A DNA stretch of 61,707 bases, counting the filler. It is 3 parts of 3 records of this genome, joined end to end, with 100 filler letters (N's around TTAATTAATTAA, not from the genome) between each part and the next. Parts side by side here need not be neighbours in the genome. Positions count along the whole stretch, not along the records: positions 1 to 20,425 come from SRR31156797_4966; positions 20,526 to 33,422 come from SRR31156797_4972; 1 more part is not named here. The stretch is one strand, 5' to 3'. Position numbers and translations under genes: made by a program. Positions 20,310-29,741 of the stretch are shown here, in pieces (the first letter of the stretch is position 1; each line of letters begins with the position of its first letter). The notes under the pieces were generated by a model. It made no database searches. It was not told the origin of the DNA and saw only the letters and a program-made list of their open reading frames with translations.

Positions 20310-20348
20310 TTAAATTAAACCTAAAAATTTTCAGAAAAAACTAAGCTA

Positions 20349-20356
20349 CAAAGGTA
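20349..20356 (-). promoter_or_regulatory. Bacteroidota-type -7 promoter element (TACCTTTG) for pyrG-yidC
   Basis: TAnnTTTG on minus strand about 50 nt upstream of the pyrG GTG. Confidence 0.45.
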
Positions 20357-20425
20357 TAAATTAATGGTTAATTTAAAAGGTACTAAGATTAAATCATCAC
20401 TAGCCTCCGAAAGTTTTAGAGAAAT

Positions 20426-20525
20426 NNNNNNNNNNNNNNNNNNNNNNNNNNNNNNNNNNNNNNNNNNNNTTAATTAATTAANNNNNNNNNNNNNNNNNNN
20501 NNNNNNNNNNNNNNNNNNNNNNNNN
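20426..20525. other. Artificial contig-joining spacer
   Basis: 44 N + TTAATTAATTAA (stops in all six frames) + 44 N; gene style changes across it. Confidence 0.97.
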
Positions 20526-21728
20526 TGTTCGTATCTCATGGGACATATTTGCTAAGAAAGTTGATTTAGTCATATCTGCTTTTTCTGCTTGAATTTTTGA
20601 TTCAACTATCTCTGAGATATCAAGCCTAATAGCTAAAAACTCCTCTATCTCATTTTTTGCATTGGTAAGTGGAACAATCGTTGAAGCAACATAATAACTT
20701 GTACCATCTTTTGCCCTATTTTTAATCTGTCCTTTCCATGTCTTTTTTGATTTGATAGTACTCCACAAGTCTTTAAACACTTCATCTGGCATATCAGGAT
20801 GACGGATAAGATTATGATTTTTACCAATCAATTCTTCTTCTAAATACCCCGATATTTTTACAAATTCCTCATTGACATACGTAATCTTTCCATTGGCATC
20901 TGTTTTTGAAACAATCGCACTTGAATCTACTGCCCGTTTATACTCATTAAGCATTTTTGTTCTTGATGCAATCTCATTTTCAAGTTTCTCTTTTGTATTT
21001 TTATAAAGATGTTTTTGTCTATAAGCCACATAGGTATAGTGTATTCCTAAAATAGCAATTAAAATAATAAAAAGAGTTACAATATAAATAGTTTGGTTTG
21101 AACTTAATACTATCTCATCTTCAAATGGTATGGTAACCTCTAAAGCCCCTCTCACATCTCCTAGTTTCCAATCATTTTTAGGAGTATCTGCTCGAGTATT
21201 ATGACAATTCACACATGCTTGATCATAAAAAATATCAGAAACAGTCACTTTTAAAAGCTTTTGATTATTTTCTTCAGCTACCTTTATATAAGTATCATGA
21301 GGATTTTTTTCAATAAAATTTAAAGCTTCTTCTTGATCTTTATTTAAAACTCTATCAGCCCTATTTGGAAAAGGATAATGGCTATACATCTTGATCTTGA
21401 TCCCATTATCAGGAAGAATTTCACTTAAATTATGCAGAAGTGTTGCAGGAAGTGGGATAGTATCCTCTTTTTGACTATGATCATAGTTTATTTTGATCCC
21501 TGTTGCATGGTTTTTTACACCATTGATCACATTGCTAGTATAATAACTTCGAATCTTCTTGAGTTTATTCACAGAAGAGACTGCACTAGTTTTTAAACGA
21601 TCTAACTGATTCTCTTTTGAGATCTCTGGTATATAAAAAACAATCAATCCAACCACAATAATCGAAGTAACAATAATTGGTCCTATAAACTGATTTGTAA
21701 ATGGACTCACCAAATCTTTAAATTTCAC
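20526..21728 (-). CDS. Sensor histidine kinase (3'-truncated): TM, DUF3365/Tll0287-like c-type heme domain, TM, PAS, HisKA
   Basis: ACVNCH..WKLGDVRGAL, PAS NHNLIRHPD..WKGQIKNRAKDG, H-box FLANMSHEIRT at the contig end; GTG 21728 follows AGGAGG. Confidence 0.85.
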
Positions 21729-21737
21729 CAACTCCTC

Positions 21738-22781
21738 CTACTCTTGCGAAAATTCATCATATATTTTTTTGATCTCATCAATATTTTCTACAAATATATC
21801 AACTATTTTAGGATCAAAGTGTTTTTCTTTTTCCTCTTTTAAAAGCTCTAATGCATCATCAAAACTCCATGCCTTCTTATAAGGTCTATGGGAAGTTAAG
21901 GCATCAAAGACATCTACAATAGCAACAATCCTTCCAAAGATAGGGATATCTTCCCCTTTAAGCTTATTTGGATATCCACTCCCATCAAATCTCTCATGAT
22001 GAGAAATAGCAATAGTAGCTCCTGCTTGTAAAAACTTACTTGTTGCATCTTTTAAGATATCATATCCTATTGCCGCATGCTGCTTCATTATTTCAAACTC
22101 ATCTTGTTCTAATCTTGCTGGTTTTAAAAGAATTGCATCTTCTATTCCAACTTTTCCTAGATCATGAAAAGGGGAAGCATAAAATATCACCTCTTGATCC
22201 TCTTCACTCAAACCATACATTTTTGCTAATAAACGGGAATAATGTGCTACCCTTGCCACATGTGAAGCGGTTTCTGGATCTTTATACTCAGCTGTTTTTC
22301 CTAAGATTCTAAGAGCTTCATGTTCTCTATCTATTAATTCAATAGTTGCTAACTCTACCTCTTTTTCTAAAAGTTTTGCTTTATCTTGAAGTAAAAGTTG
22401 AGAGTGATAGTTATTTAAAAGAGTAGTTATTCTTGCTTTAAATAAAATAGAGTTTATAGGTTTTGCCAAAAAGTCGTTGACCCCTGCTTCAAAAGCATCT
22501 TTATGGATAGTATCATCACTTCCAGCTGCTGTTACCATAACGATTGGTACTAATTTATTACTATTTCTGTACTCTTTGATAAAATCTATTCCATTAAGAT
22601 TTGGCATCATATAATCAATAATAATAATATCAATTTTATTTTGCAGTACAAACATCAAAGCATCAAGTGGATCACTAAAGCTTTGAACACTAGCTCCCAT
22701 CTCTTGACAAATAGCTTCTACAAGCATAAGGTTATTTTCATTATCATCTATTGAAACTATTTTCACTTTAGAGAAGTCCAT
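21738..22781 (-). CDS. Response regulator with HD-GYP c-di-GMP phosphodiesterase domain (RpfG-like)
   Basis: Receiver DD..DYMMP..KP; HDLGK and HHERFDGSGYP; DVFDAL..RPYK. Confidence 0.92.
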   Translation of the reverse strand: MDFSKVKIVSIDDNENNLMLVEAICQEMGASVQSFSDPLDALMFVLQNKIDIIIIDYMMPNLNGIDFIKEYRNSNKLVPIVMVTAAGSDDTIHKDAFEAGVNDFLAKPINSILFKARITTLLNNYHSQLLLQDKAKLLEKEVELATIELIDREHEALRILGKTAEYKDPETASHVARVAHYSRLLAKMYGLSEEDQEVIFYASPFHDLGKVGIEDAILLKPARLEQDEFEIMKQHAAIGYDILKDATSKFLQAGATIAISHHERFDGSGYPNKLKGEDIPIFGRIVAIVDVFDALTSHRPYKKAWSFDDALELLKEEKEKHFDPKIVDIFVENIDEIKKIYDEFSQE

Positions 22782-22798
22782 GGGTGATCCCTTTTTAA

Positions 22799-22827
22799 TT
22801 GTAAATCTAATGTTAATATTGTATAAT
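22799..22827 (+). promoter_or_regulatory. Sigma70-type promoter for the ModA-like gene
   Basis: TTGTAA-17 nt-TATAAT; AAAGGAG RBS before ATG 22860. Confidence 0.55.
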
Positions 22828-22859
22828 CTTCAAACTAAATTGTATCTAAAGGAGCTGTT

Positions 22860-23657
22860 ATGAACTTTGTAAAAAAAATCTTCATCTTATCAACCTTATC
22901 TCTCTTTGCACTCAATAGTTTTGCCAATGAAAAAAAAGAGTTATTGTTTTACATTGGGATCACTATGATAAAACCTGTGAATGAACTCGCTAAAGAGTTT
23001 GAAAAAGAGCACAACTGTACCATAAAGATTTTACAAGGGGGAAGCCAAGATCTCTATGAAAGTATCGTTTCTAGTAAAACTGGTGATCTCTATCTTCCTG
23101 GTTCTGTAAGTTATAGAAATAAACATCTAGAAGATGGTATCTTACTTGATGGTACTTTTGTAGGATATAATAAAGTAGCTCTTGTAGTTAAAAAAGGAAA
23201 CCCTTTAGGTATCAAAGCTGATCTAAATGAACTTAGTAATCCAAAATATCGAGTAGTACTAGGGAATGAAGAGAGTGGAAGTATAGGGAAAAAGACAAAA
23301 AAAGTTTTAGATAACTTTGGAAACTATGAGGATGCAATTTTAAATACAGTCTATTTAGCACCTGATTCTAGAAATCTTACAAAAGCTATTTCAAGTGGTG
23401 AAGCTGATCTTGTATTAAACTGGTATGCTACCACTTTTTGGGATGATAATAAAAACTTTGTAGAACCACTTGTTATAGATGAAAAATATGCAAAGAAAGC
23501 AAAACTGGTATTTAATTTACTGCAAACTTCAAAAAACAAATCTTTGACTAAAAAATTTATGGATTATGCAGCTTCAACAAAAGGAAGAGAAGTTTTTTAT
23601 AAATATGGATTTTTAGATAAAAATGATTTAAAAAACTTCGATAAAGTAACATTTTAA
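22860..23657 (+). CDS. ModA-like periplasmic substrate-binding protein
   Basis: Signal peptide ending SFA; GGS, DLYLPG, LVVKKGNP, SGSIG, GEAD, FYKYGF motifs of the molybdate/tungstate SBP fold. Confidence 0.8.
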   Translation: MNFVKKIFILSTLSLFALNSFANEKKELLFYIGITMIKPVNELAKEFEKEHNCTIKILQGGSQDLYESIVSSKTGDLYLPGSVSYRNKHLEDGILLDGTFVGYNKVALVVKKGNPLGIKADLNELSNPKYRVVLGNEESGSIGKKTKKVLDNFGNYEDAILNTVYLAPDSRNLTKAISSGEADLVLNWYATTFWDDNKNFVEPLVIDEKYAKKAKLVFNLLQTSKNKSLTKKFMDYAASTKGREVFYKYGFLDKNDLKNFDKVTF

Positions 23658-26281
23658 TGAAACTCGTAAAAGATAGTGTTGTTCAAAACCTTGTAGCTCT
23701 TCTTGGGGTATTTATCATAGGATATGCTTCAATTATATCTATCCATTTTGTTTTTGCAAATATTATTAATGGTCTGGATATAAAAGTAAAAAATGAACAA
23801 GCAAGATATCAAATTGGAGAATATATTGTTAATGAGATAAATACTATAGAGAAACAATTTTATCAAATGACTATGGCTTTTCAAATAAGAGAGCTTAAAC
23901 CACTTCAAGAGAAAGTCACTGAAGAGATAAAAGATATAAAACATGCTATTAATATTTTGGAAGTAGGAGGAACTTTAGAAAAACATATTCAGTTAAATCT
24001 AGTTGGGGTAAGTAAAAGTATTGAGTATATAACATACCAACCAGATACAAAACTCAAATATACCTATGAAGCAATAGACCTTATTCCAAAACTTGATCTT
24101 TTAGGAAAAAAGATCTATGAGATGGATGATATCACTGATTTAAAACATGAAATACTCCAAGCAATTGATACTAAAGAAGCAAAGAAAAAGCACTTTAAGA
24201 TCAAACTCTTTTATAAACAGATCCCAGCTATTTTTATTAGAATGAAAGAGAATGCTAGTAGATTATTGTATGAGAGTAAACAAGAGTTACAAACTCTTCA
24301 AAAAAATATTGAAGATCAAAAAGCATATTATAGATCATTAGAGATCACTGTTACTATCTTTGTTGTATTATTTATCTTTTTACTAGGATATATTGTTATA
24401 AGACAAATCTTACAAAAAAGTAAAGAGCTTGCCAAACTTACAAAAGAAGCAAAAGCTGCAGCAAAAGAAGCTGAAGTTGCTAATGAAACAAAATCTAGAT
24501 TCCTAGCAAATATGTCCCATGAGATCAGAACTCCACTTAATGCTATCATAGGATTTTCAGAGATCCTTACAAAAGTTGATATGAAAGATGAAGATAAGGA
24601 AAAAGCTTCCATTATTGTAAAAAGTGCAAAAGCTTTATTAAATATTATCAATGATATTTTAGATATCTCAAAAGTTGAAAGTGGAAAATTTGAGATTACT
24701 CCTGAAAAAGTTGATCTTAAAAAATCACTCTCCCATATAGTAGAACTTTTTGCAGTTAATGCAAAACAAAAAGATATACGGCTTATCTATACCTATGAAG
24801 AGGAACTCCCTACTTATGTAGATATTGATGAAACAAGAGTCAAACAAGTAATATCAAATATTTTAAGTAATGCTATCAAATTTACAAAAGAGAAAGAGAG
24901 TGTGACGTTCCATATAAAAGTACTTGAAAAACAAGACAAAAATGTAAAAGTAAGATTCTCAATCAAAGATAAAGGGATAGGGATATCTCCTGAGAACCAA
25001 AGAAAAATATTTGAACCTTTTTCCCAAGCTGATACTAGTGTCTCAAAACAGTTTGGAGGAACTGGACTTGGACTTGCAATTAGTATGAAACTTATCAGCC
25101 TTATGGGTTCTAGAATCGAGCTTATTAGTAAAGAGGGAGAGGGAAGTACTTTTTATTTTGATCTTACCCTTCCATACTATAAAGAGGAGGAAGAGAAGAA
25201 AAAACCTCATGCATTTTATGTATGTTCAATTATTGATGATGAGGAATCATTACACAAAGGACTAATCCCTATTTTACATGAGTTTGGTGCAGTATATCAA
25301 GCAAATAATGCTATTGAGAGTATTGATTTTATTGATCTTATTTTTTGTTTTGGGGATAAAGAGTATTTTCCAAAACTATTACAAGTCAAAGAGAGGTTTC
25401 ATGCTCCGATTGTTTATGTGGGAAAAGAGGAAAAGATAGAGGAGTTTAGTGACTTTAAAAAAGAGATAAGTTTTTATCTAGATCTTCCTCTACTTGCTTC
25501 TAAGATTTATAATATTATAGCTGAAGCATGTGAGATAGAAAAAATTGATACTTATATGGATGATGAGACTGGTTTCCATGGGAATATCCTTGTAGCAGAA
25601 GACAATAGTAATAATCAGCTTCTTATACAGCTTCTTTTAGAAGGATATGGATTAGATGTGACTATTGTAGAAAATGGTCAACTAGCTGTTGATATGTATA
25701 AAGAAAAATCTTTTGATCTTGTGTTTTTAGATATTAATATGCCTGTTATGGATGGTATCACTGCTTTAAAAGAGATAATAAAACTTGAAACACAAAGTGG
25801 AACAAAAGTTCCAAAAGTTGCACTAACAGCCAATAGTTTAAAAGGGGATAAAGAGAGATTTTTAAATGAAGGGATGGATAACTATCTAGCAAAACCTATA
25901 GATAATACAAAACTTGGAGAGATCCTTGCTTTATACCTAAGAGATAAAAATAAAAAACCCCACACTATAAGACCTACGATCATTGATATAGAACAGATCG
26001 CAAAACAATTTGGAGTAAGTACTCCAACAGCAAAAGCGATGATGGAAAAACTAAAAAAAGATCTTATAAAAAATATTGATGCTTTAGAAGAAGCACTTGG
26101 TAGCAATAATATGGAAGAGATTAAAAAGCTATCAAAAAATCTTCAAACTATCTGTATCAATATCTCTTTTGATGAGGGAAGTAATATCTTACAAGGTCTA
26201 GAATCAAGTGAAGATATTGAAGCTGCACAAGAGAAGTTTAATCTTTTAAAAGAATACCTAGGAGATATCACAAAACTCTAA
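23657..26281 (+). CDS. Hybrid sensor histidine kinase: 2 TM, periplasmic domain, HisKA, HATPase, receiver, degenerate HPt-like tail
   Basis: FLANMSHEIRTPLN, NAIKF, DKGIG, GGTGLGL, AEDN..DINMP..AKP. Confidence 0.92.
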   Translation: MKLVKDSVVQNLVALLGVFIIGYASIISIHFVFANIINGLDIKVKNEQARYQIGEYIVNEINTIEKQFYQMTMAFQIRELKPLQEKVTEEIKDIKHAINILEVGGTLEKHIQLNLVGVSKSIEYITYQPDTKLKYTYEAIDLIPKLDLLGKKIYEMDDITDLKHEILQAIDTKEAKKKHFKIKLFYKQIPAIFIRMKENASRLLYESKQELQTLQKNIEDQKAYYRSLEITVTIFVVLFIFLLGYIVIRQILQKSKELAKLTKEAKAAAKEAEVANETKSRFLANMSHEIRTPLNAIIGFSEILTKVDMKDEDKEKASIIVKSAKALLNIINDILDISKVESGKFEITPEKVDLKKSLSHIVELFAVNAKQKDIRLIYTYEEELPTYVDIDETRVKQVISNILSNAIKFTKEKESVTFHIKVLEKQDKNVKVRFSIKDKGIGISPENQRKIFEPFSQADTSVSKQFGGTGLGLAISMKLISLMGSRIELISKEGEGSTFYFDLTLPYYKEEEEKKKPHAFYVCSIIDDEESLHKGLIPILHEFGAVYQANNAIESIDFIDLIFCFGDKEYFPKLLQVKERFHAPIVYVGKEEKIEEFSDFKKEISFYLDLPLLASKIYNIIAEACEIEKIDTYMDDETGFHGNILVAEDNSNNQLLIQLLLEGYGLDVTIVENGQLAVDMYKEKSFDLVFLDINMPVMDGITALKEIIKLETQSGTKVPKVALTANSLKGDKERFLNEGMDNYLAKPIDNTKLGEILALYLRDKNKKPHTIRPTIIDIEQIAKQFGVSTPTAKAMMEKLKKDLIKNIDALEEALGSNNMEEIKKLSKNLQTICINISFDEGSNILQGLESSEDIEAAQEKFNLLKEYLGDITKL

Positions 26282-27253
26282 AGATGCAATATCTGGTTTT
26301 TCTAAACCATTATTGTTATCTATATAGAGGTTTTTAAGCTTTGTAAGATTTGTAAAGCTTTTTGGAAGAGATGAGATATCATTCTCTTCCACATCAAGCT
26401 CTAAAAGATTTTCAAGGTTACCTATACACTCAGGAAGCTCTTTAAGCTCATTGGCTGAGACACTTAAATGATTGAGCCTTTTCAATTCACAAATTGAGTC
26501 TGGAAGATATTCTAGATTATTATTATCTAAAGTAAGAATTTGAAGATCTTCTAATTGACTAATATCAAAATTTAAACTACTAAGATTATTGTCATTAAGA
26601 TTTAATCGCATCAACATATCATGAGACTCTAAAGATGGAAGATTCTCTATCTCATTTCCCTCTAATAAAAGTGTTTCAAGCTCCTCTATATCACCAATAG
26701 TTGGAGGGAGCGTGTTAAACTCATTATAAGAGATATCAAGATAATAAAGTGATTCCATACTATCAAAAACATCTGGAAGCTCTTTAAGATAATTTGTATC
26801 TAAAGAGAGATATAAAAGCTTTGAAAGGTTTTTAAGCTTATCTGATAAGTTTTCAAGTGAATTTGCTGCTATTGTAAATCGTGTGAGTTTGGTAAGATTA
26901 TAAAACTCATCTGGTAACTCTTTGATTCTATTTCCATTAAGATTTATTACTAATAGTGATTCTAAATCCCCAATGCTACGAGGAAGCTCTTCAAGTAAAT
27001 TATTTTCACACTGTAGATTTTTTAGCTTTTTCAATCTACCGATACTCTTAGGGAGTTTTTTTAAACGGTTTCCTGAAAGCTTTAAGATCTGAAGATTTTC
27101 TAAAGCCCCTATTGATTCAGGAAGTTCACGTATCTTTTTTTTTGAAAGATCTAAAATAGATAAAGCTTTTAATTGATCAGGTTCCAAAGGGGTTGAAAGA
27201 CTAAGATTGCTTGTTTTTGCCCATCTTATAAAATCTTGAATATCGTATTGCAT
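26258..27253 (-). CDS. Leucine-rich repeat protein
   Basis: About 13 tandem 22-23-aa repeats LxxLxLxxNxLxxLPxxI; no signal peptide. Confidence 0.92.
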   Translation of the reverse strand: MQYDIQDFIRWAKTSNLSLSTPLEPDQLKALSILDLSKKKIRELPESIGALENLQILKLSGNRLKKLPKSIGRLKKLKNLQCENNLLEELPRSIGDLESLLVINLNGNRIKELPDEFYNLTKLTRFTIAANSLENLSDKLKNLSKLLYLSLDTNYLKELPDVFDSMESLYYLDISYNEFNTLPPTIGDIEELETLLLEGNEIENLPSLESHDMLMRLNLNDNNLSSLNFDISQLEDLQILTLDNNNLEYLPDSICELKRLNHLSVSANELKELPECIGNLENLLELDVEENDISSLPKSFTNLTKLKNLYIDNNNGLEKPDIASLEFCDIS

Positions 27254-27256
27254 CCC

Positions 27257-27490
27257 TTACCTCTCATTCATTTGATCAATTAAAAAATCTATCTCTTCAT
27301 AATCGATTTCACCAAATTCGATCATTTTAAAGAGTGCCATTAAAGGTCTTCTACAACATGTTTTATTACATTCTGTGACCAGTTTTTTAGCTTTTTTATA
27401 AGGAAGATCAGTCTCTTTAAAAATCTCTACAGCTTGGGCAACATTCTTATTACCACATTCACAAATAATTTTTAAAGTCTTATCTTCCAT
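27257..27490 (-). CDS. BFD-like [2Fe-2S]-binding protein
   Basis: IICECG...CNKTCC (C-x-C-x28-C-x3-CC) in 77 aa. Confidence 0.7.
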   Translation of the reverse strand: MEDKTLKIICECGNKNVAQAVEIFKETDLPYKKAKKLVTECNKTCCRRPLMALFKMIEFGEIDYEEIDFLIDQMNER

Positions 27491-27518
27491 TAGTATATCC
27501 TATTTGGTATTATAAAAT

Positions 27519-27725
27519 CTATTTTAAGAAATCGTGTTTTGCTTTAAACTCTTCAACTGGTTTCATAGCCTCTTCGATTTTTCCAGATAATTCAGCTAAT
27601 CTTGTATAATCAGTCCAAATCGTATCTTCAACAATATCATGCATCTCGCCAGCAAGTTCAGTCACTTTTCTTTTGTATCCTGCATACTCTTTTTTGATCG
27701 CTTTTTCCTCTTCTGTTAATGCCAT
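27519..27725 (-). CDS. CCE_0567/Rop-like nif-associated small metalloprotein
   Basis: 68-aa helical hairpin with AGEMHDIVED..W resembling the family motif; in an operon with nifV. Confidence 0.6.
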   Translation of the reverse strand: MALTEEEKAIKKEYAGYKRKVTELAGEMHDIVEDTIWTDYTRLAELSGKIEEAMKPVEEFKAKHDFLK

Positions 27726-27750
27726 TGTATTCCCCTTTTGTTGTTTTAAT

Positions 27751-27799
27751 AAAGATAGCTTAAATATACCATCATAAATAATATACTTAAGCTATCTTT
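27751..27799. other. Intra-operon inverted repeat (stem-loop)
   Basis: Perfect 13-bp arms AAAGATAGCTTAA / TTAAGCTATCTTT. Confidence 0.6.
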
Positions 27800-27805
27800 T
27801 GAATC

Positions 27806-28621
27806 TTAAAATCCGTATACAGACTCTAGATTGATATCTGGTTTTTTATTTAAGTAAATTAGTCCAAAATTATCTGTTATATCAAACTTATAAGACTCAT
27901 ACAATTCAACGATCTCTTTTACATCTTTTGGGATAAAAGATACTACAGTTTTTAATCCCCTATGGTATAAAACACCACGTAGAAGTTTTTCACTATCTGT
28001 ATATGCTTCATCTTCCATTACCCATGGACTTACTTTTATGATATTGTTATTGACTGCATAGGAGTGTTGAAACCCAAATTGAGTTGAAAGGAAAAGCGAT
28101 GATCCCTTTGATATAGTGTTCGTAATATAATGAAACCTATCTTCATTAAACTCTTTTGAATCAATATTTTTAATAGTCCCTAAATAGTTTGGATTAGAAA
28201 TACTTTTTGCGGTAGTATTTGAAAAGTTAAAAGCAACTGCTCCACCTTTATACACAGCCTTTTTAAAATTTGCATACTTTTTAAAACCAAACTGCTTTAG
28301 TATCTCTTGCTCTTTTAGACTCGCTAAGAACATAATAGTTTTTTTCTGCTCATCAATATTATTTAAAAGCAATTTAAAAAGTCTTACAATCACCTCATCT
28401 TCTATACTCTTTACATAATAAAGGTTATTAATAAGAACTGACTCATTAAATCTATATGCAGTTACCACTGCTAAGAGCTCTCCATCCTCATAAGCTCCAA
28501 AAGCCATACTTTGATCTTCATCAACAGTTTTTGTCACTAAATTTTGATCAATTGTTATCTTCTGGGCTAATGCACTTAAGTCATCATAAAATGACTTTTT
28601 TCTTATCCATCCTATGAACAT
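27806..28621 (-). CDS. GNAT-fold (YitH-like) hypothetical protein
   Basis: AFGAYEDGELLAVVTAY, LKQFGF, LYESYKF suggest tandem degenerate GNAT domains; overlaps the nifV stop by 10 nt. Confidence 0.5.
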   Translation of the reverse strand: MFIGWIRKKSFYDDLSALAQKITIDQNLVTKTVDEDQSMAFGAYEDGELLAVVTAYRFNESVLINNLYYVKSIEDEVIVRLFKLLLNNIDEQKKTIMFLASLKEQEILKQFGFKKYANFKKAVYKGGAVAFNFSNTTAKSISNPNYLGTIKNIDSKEFNEDRFHYITNTISKGSSLFLSTQFGFQHSYAVNNNIIKVSPWVMEDEAYTDSEKLLRGVLYHRGLKTVVSFIPKDVKEIVELYESYKFDITDNFGLIYLNKKPDINLESVYGF

Positions 28622-29718
28622 AAATAAAGATCCTTTAACTCTTCTGGATTAAGCACTTTTTTTCTACTTGTCACAATCTCTCTTACCTTTGGAAGGAGCG
28701 CTTGAACTTTTTCTTTCGATGGAGTGATCCCAATCGCTTGAAGATGGTATAAAAGAGTTGCACTTCCTGAGTGTTTTCCTATTGGAAAATATCGATTAAG
28801 CCCTACCTCTTTTGGATCAAATGCTTCATAAGCATTTTTACTTTTGATCATCCCATTTACATGGATCCCTGATTCATGAGAAAAGATATGCTTTCCAACA
28901 ATTGGAGTATTATTATCTATTTTTTTATTAGCTGCTCGACTCACTGTTCGTACTAGTTTTTTAAGCTTTTTAGAATCAATTTTTCTTGACTCTCCAAACT
29001 GATGAGTCAAACTCATTAAAACCTGTTCAAATGAAGCATTACCAGCACGCTCTCCTAAGCCTATTACAGTTGTGTTTGCTGATTTTGCACCTGCTTCGAT
29101 ACCTGAAATTGCATTGGCTGTTGCCATACCAAAATCATTGTGAGTATGCATCTCTATATCTAAAAGATCAAGTGAACTTAAATAAGAGATATTTTCATAG
29201 GTTCTTTGTGGAGTCAATACTCCTACTGTATCACAATATCGAAATCTATCAGCTCCTAAAGCTTTTCCAAAACTCATGATCTCACTTAAGAGTGCATTAT
29301 CGGCTCGACTGGCATCCTCTCCACCGATACATACAAATAAGCCCTCTTGTTTAGCACTTATTACCACATCTTCAAGATTTTTAAGTAGCTTATCAATCTT
29401 CCCTTTAAATTTTACATCGATTAAAATTTGAGAAACAGGAATAGAAAGGTCTACTGCTTTTACTCCACATTTTAGTGAGCTCTCTAAATCTTCCATAGTT
29501 GCTCTATTCCAACTCATTATTTGGATTGGAAGATCAAGGGAAAGGATCTCTTTAAGCTCCTCTTGCTCTTTTGAACCCATAGCAGGGATCCCTACTTCAA
29601 GCTCATCAGCTCCAGATTCGTATAATAGTTGTGCAATTAAAAGCTTTTCTTCAAGTGTAAAAGAGACATACGGTGCTTGTTCACCATCTCGTAAAGTTGT
29701 ATCGTTTATTAATGCCAT
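28612..29718 (-). CDS. nifV: Homocitrate synthase
   Basis: DTTLRDGEQ, ELEVGIPAMG, EDASRA, RFRYCDTVG, EMHTHNDFGMATAN, HESGIH, GKHSG; lacks the LeuA regulatory domain. Confidence 0.88.
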   Translation of the reverse strand: MALINDTTLRDGEQAPYVSFTLEEKLLIAQLLYESGADELEVGIPAMGSKEQEELKEILSLDLPIQIMSWNRATMEDLESSLKCGVKAVDLSIPVSQILIDVKFKGKIDKLLKNLEDVVISAKQEGLFVCIGGEDASRADNALLSEIMSFGKALGADRFRYCDTVGVLTPQRTYENISYLSSLDLLDIEMHTHNDFGMATANAISGIEAGAKSANTTVIGLGERAGNASFEQVLMSLTHQFGESRKIDSKKLKKLVRTVSRAANKKIDNNTPIVGKHIFSHESGIHVNGMIKSKNAYEAFDPKEVGLNRYFPIGKHSGSATLLYHLQAIGITPSKEKVQALLPKVREIVTSRKKVLNPEELKDLYLCS

Positions 29719-29741
29719 ATCGTTACCTTTAATAAATTGAA

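Noticed and set aside
20470-20481. TTAATTAATTAA palindrome (also at 33467-33478) as a biological site
   Set aside because: Centred in symmetric N runs and gives stops in all six frames; a synthetic linker
28612-29718. leuA (isopropylmalate synthase) call
   Set aside because: 368 aa with no regulatory domain; EVGIPAMG and RFRYCDTVG motifs and the nif-type neighbour favour NifV
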